From Candidatus Harrisonbacteria bacterium (GTDB lineage Bacteria > Patescibacteriota > Minisyncoccia > UBA6257 > UBA11618), in NCBI GenBank assembly GCA_023244855.1, contig JAHFLO010000001.1, positions 5,895-69,894 on the forward strand: 64,000 nucleotides of DNA. Direction: 5' to 3'. Below are positions 36,825-47,498 of the stretch, piece after piece. A program made the translations under genes and the position numbers. How positions within the stretch are numbered: position 1 is the first letter of the stretch; every line of letters starts with the position of its first letter. The notes under the pieces were generated by a model. The model worked only from the letters and a program-made list of their open reading frames with translations, had not been told where the DNA came from and did no database searches.

Positions 36825-38084
36825 ATGTTCGACCTGAAAGTCATCGCGCGCGCCATCGAGCAGCTCGCGGAAGAGAAGCACATAGAAACCGGCAAAGTAG
36901 TCGAGGCTGTTGAAGCCGCACTCGCCGCTGCGTACAAAAAAGAATACGAAAAGAGGGGAGAGGTCGTGCGCGCGAAATTCGATTTAAAAACCGGCAACGT
37001 TACCTTCGCGCAAATCAAAACCGTAGCGGATGAAACGACCGTCGACATGACACCGCCATCCGAAGAAGAAATCGCAGCGGAAAAAGCACCCGCCGAAATG
37101 GACTACCGCAACTCGCGCTACGAAGCGCCGGAGCCCGTACTCGAAGAAGGCAAATTACCGCGCTACAATCCCGACCGTTACATCTTGATCAAGGAAGCGC
37201 AGAAGATTAAAGCCGACGTACTGCTCGGCGAAGAATTGGAATTCCCGCTCGAAACGAAAATCGACTTCGGCCGTATTGCCTCGCAAACGGCGAAGCAAAA
37301 TATTTTACAGAAACTCCGCGAAGCGGAACGCGACTCGATCATGTCCGAATTCAAGAATAAAGAAGGTGAGATTGTTAACGGCGTGATACAGCGCTTTGAG
37401 CGGGGGACTACGTACGTCGACATCGGCCGCGCAACGGGCGTGATGTTCTACAACGAATCCATCCCTGGCGAGCACTACCGCATCGGCGACCGCATGAAGT
37501 TCTACGTGACGGCAATCCAGAACGACACGAAGGGTCCCGGTATTATTCTTTCGCGCGCGCACCCGCGCCTCGTCGTAAAACTCTTTGCGCTCGAGTCGCC
37601 CGAAATTGCGGATGGCTCGGTAGAGATCCAAGCCATCGCGCGCGAAGCCGGCAACCGCACAAAGATTGCGGTGGTATCGCACATGAAAGGCGTTGACCCC
37701 GTTGGCTGTTGCGTCGGCCAGCGCGGCACCCGCGTAATGGCGGTAAGCGGCGAACTCGGCCAAGAGAAAATAGACATCATAGAATTCTCCGAAGACCCCG
37801 CGGACTTTATTGCGCACGCATTGTCGCCCGCAAAAGTCGCGCGCGTGGAGATTATGCCGCGCCGCGAAGCCCGCGCCTTTATTCCTGACGACCAGCTCTC
37901 TTTAGCTATCGGCAAGGGCGGCCAGAACGTGCGCTTGGCGCACCGGCTGACTGGCTGGAAGATAGACATCCGCGCCGAGTCCTCGCCGGAAACCGCCGTA
38001 CTGAAAGATGAAGAAATGCCGCAAGCGGAGGGAGCTGAGGAAACAGCGACGGACGCATCCACTGAACCGAAGACTGAAGCGTAA
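36825..38084 (+). CDS. nusA: Transcription termination/antitermination factor NusA
   Basis: FGRIASQTAKQ, AREAGNRTKIAV, DPVGCCVGQRG, LSLAIGKGGQNVRLA. Confidence 0.96.
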   Translation: MFDLKVIARAIEQLAEEKHIETGKVVEAVEAALAAAYKKEYEKRGEVVRAKFDLKTGNVTFAQIKTVADETTVDMTPPSEEEIAAEKAPAEMDYRNSRYEAPEPVLEEGKLPRYNPDRYILIKEAQKIKADVLLGEELEFPLETKIDFGRIASQTAKQNILQKLREAERDSIMSEFKNKEGEIVNGVIQRFERGTTYVDIGRATGVMFYNESIPGEHYRIGDRMKFYVTAIQNDTKGPGIILSRAHPRLVVKLFALESPEIADGSVEIQAIAREAGNRTKIAVVSHMKGVDPVGCCVGQRGTRVMAVSGELGQEKIDIIEFSEDPADFIAHALSPAKVARVEIMPRREARAFIPDDQLSLAIGKGGQNVRLAHRLTGWKIDIRAESSPETAVLKDEEMPQAEGAEETATDASTEPKTEA

Positions 38085-38118
38085 AATCTACCCACTAACC
38101 ACTACCCACTAAAAACAT

Positions 38119-38631
38119 ATGGACATGATGAAATTGACGGCAGGGGACAACGCACCGGAAGAAATAAACGTCTTCGTGGAGATCCCGCAGGGATCGTCTA
38201 TTAAGTACGAAGTAGACAAAGATTCGGGCCTGCTTTTCGTGGACCGCTTCTTGCACACCGCAATGAGCTACCCCTTTAACTACGGCTTCGTGCCGCAAAC
38301 GGACGCAGAAGACGGCGACGCCGTTGACGTACTTCTCATATCCTCGATGCCGGTAACACCGGGATCCGTCGTACGTGCGCGGCCCATCGGTATGCTCGAA
38401 ATGGAAGACGAAGCCGGCATGGATAACAAAATCCTCGCAGTACCCATTAAAAAAATCGACCCCGACTATACAGACATCGAAGATATTACTGACATTAGCG
38501 AACACACGAAAAACAAAATTAAGCACTTCTTCGAAAACATGAAGTCGCTCGAGAAAGGGAAGTGGGTAAAGCTCAAAAACTTTTTGGGGAAGGATGCCGC
38601 GATGGAAGAGATTAGGAAGTGCATGAAGTAA
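38119..38631 (+). CDS. ppa: Inorganic pyrophosphatase (family I)
   Basis: [36 protein letters not shown]. Confidence 0.95.
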   Translation: MDMMKLTAGDNAPEEINVFVEIPQGSSIKYEVDKDSGLLFVDRFLHTAMSYPFNYGFVPQTDAEDGDAVDVLLISSMPVTPGSVVRARPIGMLEMEDEAGMDNKILAVPIKKIDPDYTDIEDITDISEHTKNKIKHFFENMKSLEKGKWVKLKNFLGKDAAMEEIRKCMK

Positions 38632-38640
38632 AAACCAACC

Positions 38641-39819
38641 ATGAAATCAACGTTCAAAAAACTGCCGGCATCGGCCGTAGAACTCACGGTCGACATGGAC
38701 CTCGTCGAGTTCAAGGACTACTACGCGCGCGCATTCCAAGCGGCGAAGGCGGGTATTGAGATTAAAGGGTTCCGTAAGGGTATGGCGCCGGACGCTGTAC
38801 TCGAAGGGGCGATAGACCCGAAGAAACTTTTTGACGACGCTGCGGAGCGCGCGATAAAAACCACGCTCACGGACGAAACGGAAAAAAACGCGTGGACGAT
38901 AATCGACCGCCCCGTGATTGAAATAAAAGATACGGATAAATCCTTCTCGTACGTCGCGAAGTTTTCGATCTTCCCCGAAGTAAATATCGAAGGGTTCGAC
39001 GCGATAGCCGAAAAAGAGCGTGCCACGCTCGAAAAGAAAAAGGAGAAAATAACCGTAAAAGAAGACGAAACAAAAGAGGCGCTTACGTGGCTCCAAAACG
39101 CCCGCGCGGAAAATAAAGAAACGGCAGAACCTGCCGCACTCGGCCGCGTAATCGAAATCACGGTAAAGAGTTCGTTCGCGAAAGAAGCTCACGACGACCG
39201 CTTCGTAGTTGGCAAGGGCCGCTTCATGGCGGGCTTCGAAGACAAGCTGATAGGGAAGATTGCAGGGGAGACTGTGGCGTTTTCCATCAAAGGACCCGCC
39301 GACTACTGGAACGAAGAACTGCGCAATAAGGACGTTGATTTTTCCGTGACTATTAACAAAGTCTACGACCAAGTCCTGCCGGAACTCGACGATGCCTTCG
39401 CCGAAAAGGCAGGGAAATTCAAAACCCTCGTAGAGCTAAAGGAAAGTATCATGACGGGTATACGCGAAGAGAAAGTCCACCACGAAGAAGAAGCGGCGTG
39501 TATTGCGGCGCTCGAAGCTGCAGTAACGAAGGCGAATATCGACGTGCCGCGTCCGATGATAGAAAAACTCCGCGAGCAAGATAAAGAGATGACGGAAGAA
39601 GTCGCGAAACGGAAAATCGCGACGCACCTCGTGATTTACGCAATTGCAGATAAAGCCGGCATCCGCCCCACAGAAGAAGAAATCCAAACGGAAATCGCCA
39701 AGTACGGCGCGGGTGCTATGCGTGGCGAAAACGGACCGATTGACGCTAAAAAAATCCATGGTTATATTTACGAGAGGCTCCAGCAGAAGAAAGTCTACGA
39801 TTACATCCTCAAAAAATAA
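38641..39819 (+). CDS. tig: Trigger factor
   Basis: [10 protein letters not shown] ribosome-binding motif, FKBP-like [17 protein letters not shown]. Confidence 0.92.
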   Translation: MKSTFKKLPASAVELTVDMDLVEFKDYYARAFQAAKAGIEIKGFRKGMAPDAVLEGAIDPKKLFDDAAERAIKTTLTDETEKNAWTIIDRPVIEIKDTDKSFSYVAKFSIFPEVNIEGFDAIAEKERATLEKKKEKITVKEDETKEALTWLQNARAENKETAEPAALGRVIEITVKSSFAKEAHDDRFVVGKGRFMAGFEDKLIGKIAGETVAFSIKGPADYWNEELRNKDVDFSVTINKVYDQVLPELDDAFAEKAGKFKTLVELKESIMTGIREEKVHHEEEAACIAALEAAVTKANIDVPRPMIEKLREQDKEMTEEVAKRKIATHLVIYAIADKAGIRPTEEEIQTEIAKYGAGAMRGENGPIDAKKIHGYIYERLQQKKVYDYILKK

Positions 39820-40409
39820 TGAATAACTACCTCGTCCCTACGGTTATAGAGAAGTCCTCGCAAGGGGAGCGCGCGTACGACATCTACTCGCGGCTTCTTA
39901 AGGAGCGCATTATCTTCCTCTCCGGCCCTGTGACGGACGCTTTGGCGAACACCGTTATCGCGCAGCTACTCTTCCTCGAAAACGAGGATTCGAAGAAAGA
40001 CATTACGATTTATATAAACACCCCTGGCGGGTCCGTAAGCGCCGGCCTCGCAATATACGACACGATGCAATACGTTAAGCCGCACGTATCGACCGTCTGT
40101 GTAGGCATCGCCGCATCCATGGGCGCGGTACTACTCGCCGCCGGCACGAAAGGCAAGCGCTTTTCGCTACCTAATTCCGAGATACTTTTACACCAAGTAA
40201 TGGGCGGCGCGCAGGGGCAGGCAAGCGAGATAGAAATCACCGCCCGCCAGATATTGAAGATTAAAGACCGCCTCAACAAAATCCTCGTAAAGCACACGGG
40301 GCAGACAGCTGGTAAAATAGAAAAAGACACCGACCGCGACTTCTACCTCTCGGCACCCGAGGCGAAGGACTACGGCGTCATCGACGCGATAATCGAAAAC
40401 CGCAAATAA
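39819..40409 (+). CDS. clpP: ATP-dependent Clp protease proteolytic subunit
   Basis: [35 protein letters not shown]. Confidence 0.97.
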   Translation: MNNYLVPTVIEKSSQGERAYDIYSRLLKERIIFLSGPVTDALANTVIAQLLFLENEDSKKDITIYINTPGGSVSAGLAIYDTMQYVKPHVSTVCVGIAASMGAVLLAAGTKGKRFSLPNSEILLHQVMGGAQGQASEIEITARQILKIKDRLNKILVKHTGQTAGKIEKDTDRDFYLSAPEAKDYGVIDAIIENRK

Positions 40410-40912
40410 TGCGCTTTCATTTCTGGGAATACGTTTTCTTCGTAAGCGCCTTCGGGACGGTGGTATTTTTCCCCGCCGCGCAGGATTTAATGCCGCTCCT
40501 TGCCGTACCGGCATATGCCTTCAACGCCGCGCTCGCGGGTATCGCAGCACTCGCGGGCCTTACGCTTTACGAAACGAGCCGCGGTAACAGAACGCGCAAG
40601 CGGTCGCTCATAATCGCAGCCCTCGCTGGATGCACGGCAGTACTCATAAGCACTGGCGGGTACGCCTCATCGCCGGAATTCGCACTATGGTCGCTTAATG
40701 CGGCCGTCGCCGTATGCACATTCGGGTCAATTCTCGCTCGCCGCTTTTTCCGCCGCGTGGAGCGCGATTTCCGCCGGAATGCAGCGCACGTTCTCGCACT
40801 TGGCCTCGCAATGAATGCCGTAGGGCTCCTCGGAGCGCATCTTTTAGTACTCTTCCCGCCCGTAATAATCGGAGTACTTTTCGCCACCCTAACCTTCGCT
40901 GCGCTTTTATAA
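40409..40912 (+). CDS. Hypothetical multi-TM membrane protein
   Basis: Hydrophobic ORF coupled between clpP and tyrS. Confidence 0.65.
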   Translation: MRFHFWEYVFFVSAFGTVVFFPAAQDLMPLLAVPAYAFNAALAGIAALAGLTLYETSRGNRTRKRSLIIAALAGCTAVLISTGGYASSPEFALWSLNAAVAVCTFGSILARRFFRRVERDFRRNAAHVLALGLAMNAVGLLGAHLLVLFPPVIIGVLFATLTFAALL

Positions 40913-42052
40913 ATGCAATCACGTAATCTTTTAGATAACGCTGTAGATATTGCGGATAAGGCGCATCTCGAGGCAGCGCTCGCCTCCGGTAAAAAACTCC
41001 GCGTAAAGTTCGGCATTGACCCCACCGCACCAGACCTCCACCTAGGACATGCCGTCGTACTCCGCAAACTGCGCGCCTTCCAAGACGCCGGACATCAAGC
41101 GGTTTTAATAATAGGGGACTTTACGGCAATGATCGGCGACCCAACGGGCAAATCAACCACGCGCCCCACGCTCACGAAGGAGCAAGTGAAGGCTAATCTC
41201 GATACGTATCTCGCCCAAGCGGGCGCTATCCTTGATATAAAAACTACCGAAATACGACATAACAGCGAATGGCTAAATGAATCTCTCCCTAAGCTTATTG
41301 AGCTTATGGGCAAGGTGAGTATCCAACAAGTGCTTCATCGCGCGGACTTCAAGAAACGAATGGGGGAGGAAGTCGACATAAGCATGCTCGAAATAATGTA
41401 TCCATTACTCCAAGGTTACGACTCGGTTGCCGTGCGTGCTGATGTAGAGCTCGGAGGAACAGACCAGACATTTAACATGCTTATGGGCAGGCGCGTACAA
41501 CGCGCGTTTAATACACCCGAGCAAGACGTTATGACACTTCCACTCATCGAGGGGACGGACGGAGAACATAAAATGTCCAAGAGTCTCGGCAACTACATAG
41601 CGCTTAAAGATGTGCCTGAAGACATGTTTGGCAAAATAATGTCCCTGCCGGATAACCTCATGCCTAAGTACTTCGCGCTCTTGACCGATATCGCGATGCC
41701 CGCGGATATGAAGCCGCGCGATACAAAGGCCTTACTTGCACGCACTATCGTAGCAGACTACCACGGAGCAAAAGCAGGGGAGAATGCCGAGCAGGAATTT
41801 ATGCGCGTTCACGGCAAAAAAGAAATGCCGGCAGACATGCCGGAGCTTTATATAACGAGTAGCGAGGTAAACATTATCGATCTGCTTCTTTTAGCCGAAG
41901 TTAAAAGTAAGGCAGAGGCGCGGCGGCTTATCGAGCAGGGGGGTGTAAAAATCGACGGGGCGACTATTACGCAAGCTGAGACACCTATTGCTGCTGCGGA
42001 CGGAACTGTGCTCCAGATAGGCAAGTTGAAGTTTTTTAGGATTAAGAAATAA
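40913..42052 (+). CDS. tyrS: Tyrosyl-tRNA synthetase
   Basis: GIDPTAPDLHLGH, YPLLQGYD, KMSKS, C-terminal S4 domain. Confidence 0.96.
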   Translation: MQSRNLLDNAVDIADKAHLEAALASGKKLRVKFGIDPTAPDLHLGHAVVLRKLRAFQDAGHQAVLIIGDFTAMIGDPTGKSTTRPTLTKEQVKANLDTYLAQAGAILDIKTTEIRHNSEWLNESLPKLIELMGKVSIQQVLHRADFKKRMGEEVDISMLEIMYPLLQGYDSVAVRADVELGGTDQTFNMLMGRRVQRAFNTPEQDVMTLPLIEGTDGEHKMSKSLGNYIALKDVPEDMFGKIMSLPDNLMPKYFALLTDIAMPADMKPRDTKALLARTIVADYHGAKAGENAEQEFMRVHGKKEMPADMPELYITSSEVNIIDLLLLAEVKSKAEARRLIEQGGVKIDGATITQAETPIAAADGTVLQIGKLKFFRIKK

Positions 42053-42105
42053 AAAAACGTCCATTAAGAGAAGCGATCGGGCATATTTGGTATACTTGCT
42101 ATGAT

Positions 42106-43434
42106 ATGCGAAATGCACGGATATTTACCGGCCTCTTATTTTTAGTAATCGTTTCTTTTGCGCAGGCCCAAGAGTTCTCATCGGCAGAAAATACCGCATG
42201 CACGAAATTAGGAGGCGCGGTGCGGCATCAGCTACGCAAGGATAACGGCAAGCAATCGACTGTCGACATATGCGATTGCGGGAACGGTAAATCCCTTTTA
42301 AAAGCCGACCTTCAAAAAAAAGAAGCCTCATGCGATCTCATAAGCAAGCCGCCGCCGCGCGTAACGCCCCCTAACGCTCAAAAAAACTGCTACGCATGCT
42401 TCTATCAAAAAGTTCCCGAATGCGGAGTCCATACTAACGCGGCTGAATGCGAGAGTGCAGTACCAAAAGAAACAGGAATACGGGATTGCGATTGGGTAAA
42501 AGACGCGTGCATCAGCAGGTTCGAAAATTATTGCCGCAACGAGTGGCAATCAACGCTCGACCTTAAGAATAATCCGGGGCCGCTCATAATCCAAGATCGC
42601 TCGATATTCACCGACCCCGCCCAGAAGAATAATCCCATATTTCAGGCGCTTTCCTGCACGAACCCCGTAATAACCGTCGACGGGCACGGGGAGGGACACT
42701 CAACGCTTTTTGCGCGGGCAGAACGATGCATGGCACACGCCTCGACGGAAAAAATAACTATATGCGATCTCGGCTGCTCCGTCGCCCAAAGCAGGGAGCA
42801 GATGATGAAGCAAGCCGAAGAATTGCGGAAGGCGCTCGCGGGAACGAATATGGAAGTAACCCTCGAAGCCAATCAGGCGGATGCTAACACAAGATGCCCT
42901 TCAACGATGCGAATCGTCATCAAGCCTAAAGCGCTCGCGGTGACCTTCGGGCTATGCAGCGCCCTCGGCGGCGACGATCACCGATGTTATAGGGCGCAGA
43001 CTGCCATGTGCACTGATGACACGACGAAAAAAGAACGAATGGCAATATGCTGCCCCCAAAAACCCGAATGGGGGCCAACGGGGCCATGGCAAAATATTTT
43101 CGGGGGACCGGCAGGAAAATGGATTTTCAACGATAATGGTAAAGGATGCCCTGACAAGCCCCTTACTGACGGCATGACAATGCCTAAACCATTAGCGTGC
43201 TTCGAAGCGAAAGACGATAAAGCGAAGAACGCCTATAATGCCTGCAAGGCCGCTTTTACGGCAATAAAAAAAGATGACGAAACAAGAATATCCAAATTAT
43301 TCGCGGCGAGCGAAAGCAAGGACTGCCAGACGTTTTACTGGCATCTAGCGAAGCCTGATAAAAAAATCGCCTGTGCGGTGGAAGAAAAAGAACTCGACCG
43401 AATCGTAAAAAACGTCGTATCTTCATTACCATAA
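42106..43434 (+). CDS. Secreted Cys-rich hypothetical protein
   Basis: Signal peptide ending SFAQA; 26 Cys in 442 aa; central DGHG...LGCS. Confidence 0.8.
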   Translation: MRNARIFTGLLFLVIVSFAQAQEFSSAENTACTKLGGAVRHQLRKDNGKQSTVDICDCGNGKSLLKADLQKKEASCDLISKPPPRVTPPNAQKNCYACFYQKVPECGVHTNAAECESAVPKETGIRDCDWVKDACISRFENYCRNEWQSTLDLKNNPGPLIIQDRSIFTDPAQKNNPIFQALSCTNPVITVDGHGEGHSTLFARAERCMAHASTEKITICDLGCSVAQSREQMMKQAEELRKALAGTNMEVTLEANQADANTRCPSTMRIVIKPKALAVTFGLCSALGGDDHRCYRAQTAMCTDDTTKKERMAICCPQKPEWGPTGPWQNIFGGPAGKWIFNDNGKGCPDKPLTDGMTMPKPLACFEAKDDKAKNAYNACKAAFTAIKKDDETRISKLFAASESKDCQTFYWHLAKPDKKIACAVEEKELDRIVKNVVSSLP

Positions 43435-43481
43435 AAAACACCCGACGAGAGAAATCTCGTCGGGGTTTTGATTGTGTGCGC

Positions 43482-43811
43482 TTAGCGCGGCTTGTTGATG
43501 GGGGAGCGACGGAATGAAATGCTTGGCTCAGGCGGATCGAACGAAAATTGGCCGTCATCGTCCGTTCCGACATCGGGGTCGTTCCGCCACATGAGGCGGA
43601 TCAACCCATAGGTAAGTCCCGATGCGAGGAGAATGACCATGCAAATTGCCAGCACAATTCCAAGTACATGCATCAGCCCGATTCGCGCATGGGAATACGC
43701 ATCATGCTGAATTTGCCCGTCAATCAAAGGAATAGCGAGACCGCATAAGACATAACCAATCAGGATCGCCAGAGCCGCAACCCACCACATCACATTTTTC
43801 AACCGATTCAT
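43482..43811 (-). CDS. Small two-TM hypothetical protein
   Basis: SD AAGGAG upstream, two hydrophobic helices. Confidence 0.6.
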   Translation of the reverse strand: MNRLKNVMWWVAALAILIGYVLCGLAIPLIDGQIQHDAYSHARIGLMHVLGIVLAICMVILLASGLTYGLIRLMWRNDPDVGTDDDGQFSFDPPEPSISFRRSPINKPR

Positions 43812-43942
43812 GACCTAACTCCTTGGTTTTTTGAGAACATCCGCACACCGCGGATACTTGTATTACAGTACTATATTAGCGGCTATTTGTCAAGTATATT
43901 TGATTTGTCGAGTAAAAAAATATAGTATAATCCATATAGAAA

Positions 43943-44013
43943 GCAGGTATAGTACAATGGTAGTACGTTTGGTTGCCAATCAAAATACACGGGTTCGATT
44001 CCCGTTACCTGCT
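43943..44013 (+). tRNA. tRNA-Gly(GCC)
   Basis: GCAGGTATAGTACAATGGTAGTACGTTTGG-TTGCCAA-TCAAAATACACGGGTTCGATTCCCGTTACCTGCT. Confidence 0.92.
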
Positions 44014-44019
44014 CAGTCC

Positions 44020-44054
44020 AACAAAAAGACTCCCTATAAGGGAGTCTTTTTGTT
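44020..44054. terminator. Bidirectional hairpin between convergent tRNA-Gly and tRNA-Arg
   Basis: aacaaaaagactccct-ata-agggagtctttttgtt. Confidence 0.7.
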
Positions 44055-44066
44055 TGCTTTAGACAG

Positions 44067-44138
44067 TGCGCCCACGAGGAATCGAACCTCGATTAGAGGA
44101 TCCGCAATCCTCCGTTCTATCCATTAAACTATGGGCGC
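44067..44138 (-). tRNA. tRNA-Arg(GCG)
   Basis: Reverse complement GCGCCCATAGTTTAATGGATAGAACGGAGGA-TTGCGGA-TCCTCTAATCGAGGTTCGATTCCTCGTGGGCGCA. Confidence 0.92.
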
Positions 44139-44140
44139 CC

Positions 44141-44578
44141 TCAGAAGCGAAGCCAATGGCCCAATGCCTCTACGAACGATTCAGTATACTCCGTTTCGTG
44201 CAGAAAATCCAAGAGATGCTCGCGAATCTCCCGCTCGCGGGCGGGAGGGGTAATTATCTCAATACGAGGGCGAATGGAGCTTTTAGGGATAAAATGGAGC
44301 GAATTATCAGACAAGGCGAAGCTCGTAAACTCGCGATAGCGGTACATTTTACCGTCTATCACAAGCCCCGTATCGTTAATCTCAAACTCGAAATGGCGCG
44401 GCTTGCGCCCTCCCCACGTAATAATAAGGCCGGTCGCGATAAGCGTAAAAACGAAGAAGAGAAAATTGTGCTGCCATAAGGCATACGACGCAAACGCAGC
44501 GCCGCCGAGCGCGATGAATACAGGCCATGCCTCGTCCTTTTCGTGGTAATGGAATTCCGGTGACATCCAGCTGATCAT
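44141..44578 (-). CDS. Conserved two-TM protein (DUF5673-like)
   Basis: ISWMSPEFHYHEK..W, two TM helices, INDTGLVIDGKMYRY.EF..F; family assignment from memory. Confidence 0.7.
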   Translation of the reverse strand: MISWMSPEFHYHEKDEAWPVFIALGGAAFASYALWQHNFLFFVFTLIATGLIITWGGRKPRHFEFEINDTGLVIDGKMYRYREFTSFALSDNSLHFIPKSSIRPRIEIITPPAREREIREHLLDFLHETEYTESFVEALGHWLRF

Positions 44579-45156
44579 AGTATTGATTCTGTAATTTCTT
44601 CCTCAGTTAACCCTGTAAGCTTAGCACTCCGCATAAAAAGACTCGTGCGAGCGAGGGATGGATGAAACTCCACACCCGTAACGAACGGGACTGTACCATT
44701 AACTACCATACGCACGCACGAATGACCTTTTGCGCCTAAGGCTATATGCGCGGCTTTAGCCACTGCCTGCACGGCATCCTGCACAGCAGGTTTTAAATGC
44801 CACGCACCGCTTTCATGGAGCGGGCGGGGTATTGCCTCCACCGGCACAAGCGGCAGAACCTTCCGGCCGTCCATTATCACCCCGCAGGCGACTTCGTGGC
44901 CGGTTACGTGCCGTTGCATAAAAAACCCTCCGGCTTTTACCGCCTGTGCGAAAGCAGGGACGACATCCTCATACTTTGCGACCATGGTGCGCGTAGCTGG
45001 CATATTCTCGTGCCGCGCAACAACAACGGCGGGGAGACCAATACCAGCAACATCTTCTAGCGTTGTCGCGAAAGGCGCAACGGCAACGCCATGCTCCGCG
45101 AGCATTTCAAAAATCGCGTATTCGTCTTTAGGCGCAACGCGCCGTGTCACTGGCAT
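44575..45156 (-). CDS. Degenerate ATP-grasp (D-Ala-D-Ala ligase C-terminal-like) protein
   Basis: MQRHVTGHEVACGV, AHIALGAKGHSCVRM, FHPSLARTSLF resemble Ddl EVN.PG.T..SL with catalytic residues altered. Confidence 0.6.
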   Translation of the reverse strand: MPVTRRVAPKDEYAIFEMLAEHGVAVAPFATTLEDVAGIGLPAVVVARHENMPATRTMVAKYEDVVPAFAQAVKAGGFFMQRHVTGHEVACGVIMDGRKVLPLVPVEAIPRPLHESGAWHLKPAVQDAVQAVAKAAHIALGAKGHSCVRMVVNGTVPFVTGVEFHPSLARTSLFMRSAKLTGLTEEEITESIL

Positions 45157-45175
45157 TACCTAAAGTATATACCAA

Positions 45176-46771
45176 CTACATCCGCTCCGGCACTTCAATG
45201 CCTAAAAGCCAGAGGCCGTTCTTCAAAACTTGGGCAGATGCGGCCACGAGCGCTAAGCGCAATGCACGAGCCGCACCCTCTTCGAGTACCGGCACGGCAT
45301 CGTAAAAGCGACTAAACTCCTGCGCGAACTCGTTAAGGAATGTGGCTATGATATGCGGCGCGTCAAGTGTATATGCCTGCCGGACTACCTGAGGGAACTC
45401 TGCGATGCGCTTTAATAAATACGCCTCGCGCGATCCGGCAAGGATAGGGGAATATGCATCAGCAGGGGATTGCGTACCCGCCTTTTCCAGAATCGCCTTT
45501 GCGCGGACATACGCGTACTGAATATACGGCGCGCTATTACCTTGTATAGAAAGCGCCGCCTCCCACGAAAAGGCGATGTCGTGTTCACGGCCCATAGAAA
45601 GCATGTTGTATAAAATAGCGCCCACGCCGACCTCCTTAATACCCTTCGTTTTCGCAATAGCCTCTTTTAAGCCGTCTTCCAAAAAGACTATCCCGCCTTC
45701 GCGCGTGGAGATCTTTTTACCGTCGAGCGTCACCACGCCGTAGCTCACGTGTTTAAACTTCTCTTCGGGGTAACCCATAAGGCCAAGCGTTTTGAAAATC
45801 TGCCGCAAGTACAATTCCTGCTCGTGGCCCACGACGTATATAATCTTTTCCGCCTGCGGGTATTCTTTTAGCCGCCAGCGGCCCACCGCAATGTCGCGCG
45901 CGCTATAAAGCGATGCACCGTCTGACTTCACTAATAAGAAAGAGGGGAGCTTGAAGGCGTCGAGATTCACGACGACAGGCTTACCACCTTTTTCATCAGG
46001 CTCGCCGTATGCAGCCGCTCCTTTCGTAAGCGCTTCGTCTATAGCTTCTTTTATAAACGGTTCGTAAAAACTCTCGCCGTGCCATAGGTCGAAGTTGATA
46101 CCAAATAAGGCATATACCCGCTCGAAGTTCTTAACGCTTATATCGCGAAACTCCTGCCACAGAGCGCGTAGCGTGAGATCGCCCCCTTCGAGCTTGCGGA
46201 AGAGCTCGCGCGCTTCGTCTTCCAATTCTGGCGCAGTCTTTATCTCTTTCGTCATGCGCACGTAAAGCCCTAGCAGGGTGCGAATAGGGTCTTTTTCGAA
46301 TTCAGCTCTATCACCCCATTTTTGGAACGCGAGCATGATCTTCGCCAAAGACATTCCCCAGTCGCCGAAGTGGTTTGTGGTGATTACCGTATAGCCGTTC
46401 GCTTTGTAGATGTTTGCGAGCGCGTGACCGATAGCGTTATTGCGCGCGTGGCCCATGTGCATGGGCTTCGCAATATTGGGGGCGGAGTATTCAAGCATGA
46501 TGGTTTTTCCCGCGCCATCCGCGTTCCAGCCGTACTTCGCTTTTGTTTCCGCGACTTCGCCTAGTACTACAGAGGCGAGCGCATTAAGATCAAACGAAAT
46601 GTTTACGTACCTACCCACTACAGCGACGCTGGCGAATAAAGGGTTCTTGAGCCCGCGGATTTTTTCGGCAACCTCTTCCGGCTTCTCGCGGAAACAGGGG
46701 ATAGCCAAATCCGCCCCTATGCCCTCAGGCGGGATTTCTATCTTTGAGGCGATTTTTTCGAGGCCGAACAT
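45176..46771 (-). CDS. argS: Arginyl-tRNA synthetase
   Basis: EYSAPNIAKPMHMGH, NHFGDWG, KISTREG, GNSAPYIQYAYVR, PERM end. Confidence 0.96.
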   Translation of the reverse strand: MFGLEKIASKIEIPPEGIGADLAIPCFREKPEEVAEKIRGLKNPLFASVAVVGRYVNISFDLNALASVVLGEVAETKAKYGWNADGAGKTIMLEYSAPNIAKPMHMGHARNNAIGHALANIYKANGYTVITTNHFGDWGMSLAKIMLAFQKWGDRAEFEKDPIRTLLGLYVRMTKEIKTAPELEDEARELFRKLEGGDLTLRALWQEFRDISVKNFERVYALFGINFDLWHGESFYEPFIKEAIDEALTKGAAAYGEPDEKGGKPVVVNLDAFKLPSFLLVKSDGASLYSARDIAVGRWRLKEYPQAEKIIYVVGHEQELYLRQIFKTLGLMGYPEEKFKHVSYGVVTLDGKKISTREGGIVFLEDGLKEAIAKTKGIKEVGVGAILYNMLSMGREHDIAFSWEAALSIQGNSAPYIQYAYVRAKAILEKAGTQSPADAYSPILAGSREAYLLKRIAEFPQVVRQAYTLDAPHIIATFLNEFAQEFSRFYDAVPVLEEGAARALRLALVAASAQVLKNGLWLLGIEVPERM

Positions 46772-46778
46772 TATACCG

Positions 46779-47261
46779 CTATGGTAGCCGATACTTGGCG
46801 ATTTCGAAAGCGATTATGCCAAAGGCCACCGCGACGTTAAGCGATTCTTTTTTACCGTGCATGGGGATGCTAATAACGGAATCGCATTTATCGAGTACTG
46901 TCTTCGGTACGCCATCCACTTCGTGCCCCACGATGAACGCAAGCTTATCCGTATTCTTTTTTAAGCAATCGGCGTCGTAATAGGGGATAGCACCGTCAAT
47001 TAATTCCACGGCACACACAAAATATCCATCAGCTTTAAGCCTACGTATGCAATCCGCCGTGCGGGCGCACTTTTCCCACGGCACGGTTTTTTCCGCCCCC
47101 AAGGCAGTCTTTTGCAGACTCTTTGTAGCACTACCAAGCATGTCCGCAGGACCTGCTGTTATGCCGCACAAATACAGCCGCTTAAGCCCTGCGGCGTCTG
47201 CAGTGCGGAACATTGACCCCACGTTATGCGCGCTGCGTATGTTATGTAATATTCCCACCAT
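46779..47261 (-). CDS. TrmH/SpoU family RNA methyltransferase
   Basis: HNIRSAHNVGSMFRTAD, GHEVDGV, IPMHGKKESLNVAVA. Confidence 0.92.
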   Translation of the reverse strand: MVGILHNIRSAHNVGSMFRTADAAGLKRLYLCGITAGPADMLGSATKSLQKTALGAEKTVPWEKCARTADCIRRLKADGYFVCAVELIDGAIPYYDADCLKKNTDKLAFIVGHEVDGVPKTVLDKCDSVISIPMHGKKESLNVAVAFGIIAFEIAKYRLP

Positions 47262-47498
47262 ATCTTCGTCGTACTATATAAGGACCTGTAGCAACAGCAG
47301 GCCCGATGATAAACAGGGGACGCCTTCAGGCTTCACTCTCCTTAGCCGCACAACCGGCGCCCCCTGTATTTTTATACTTTTTTCGCGCCCTACAAAACCT
47401 TGACAGTATAATGGAAAAAGCGCATGGTGCAACTAGCAACGCACCCACCGCGGACGCGCATCCAAAACCCATTTTTCTTAACGAAAGGGAACGCACCT

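Noticed and set aside
44013..44138. Mirror element after tRNA-Gly
   Set aside because: The GGAATCGAACC after the hairpin belongs to a complete convergent tRNA-Arg(GCG), not to an antisense copy of tRNA-Gly.
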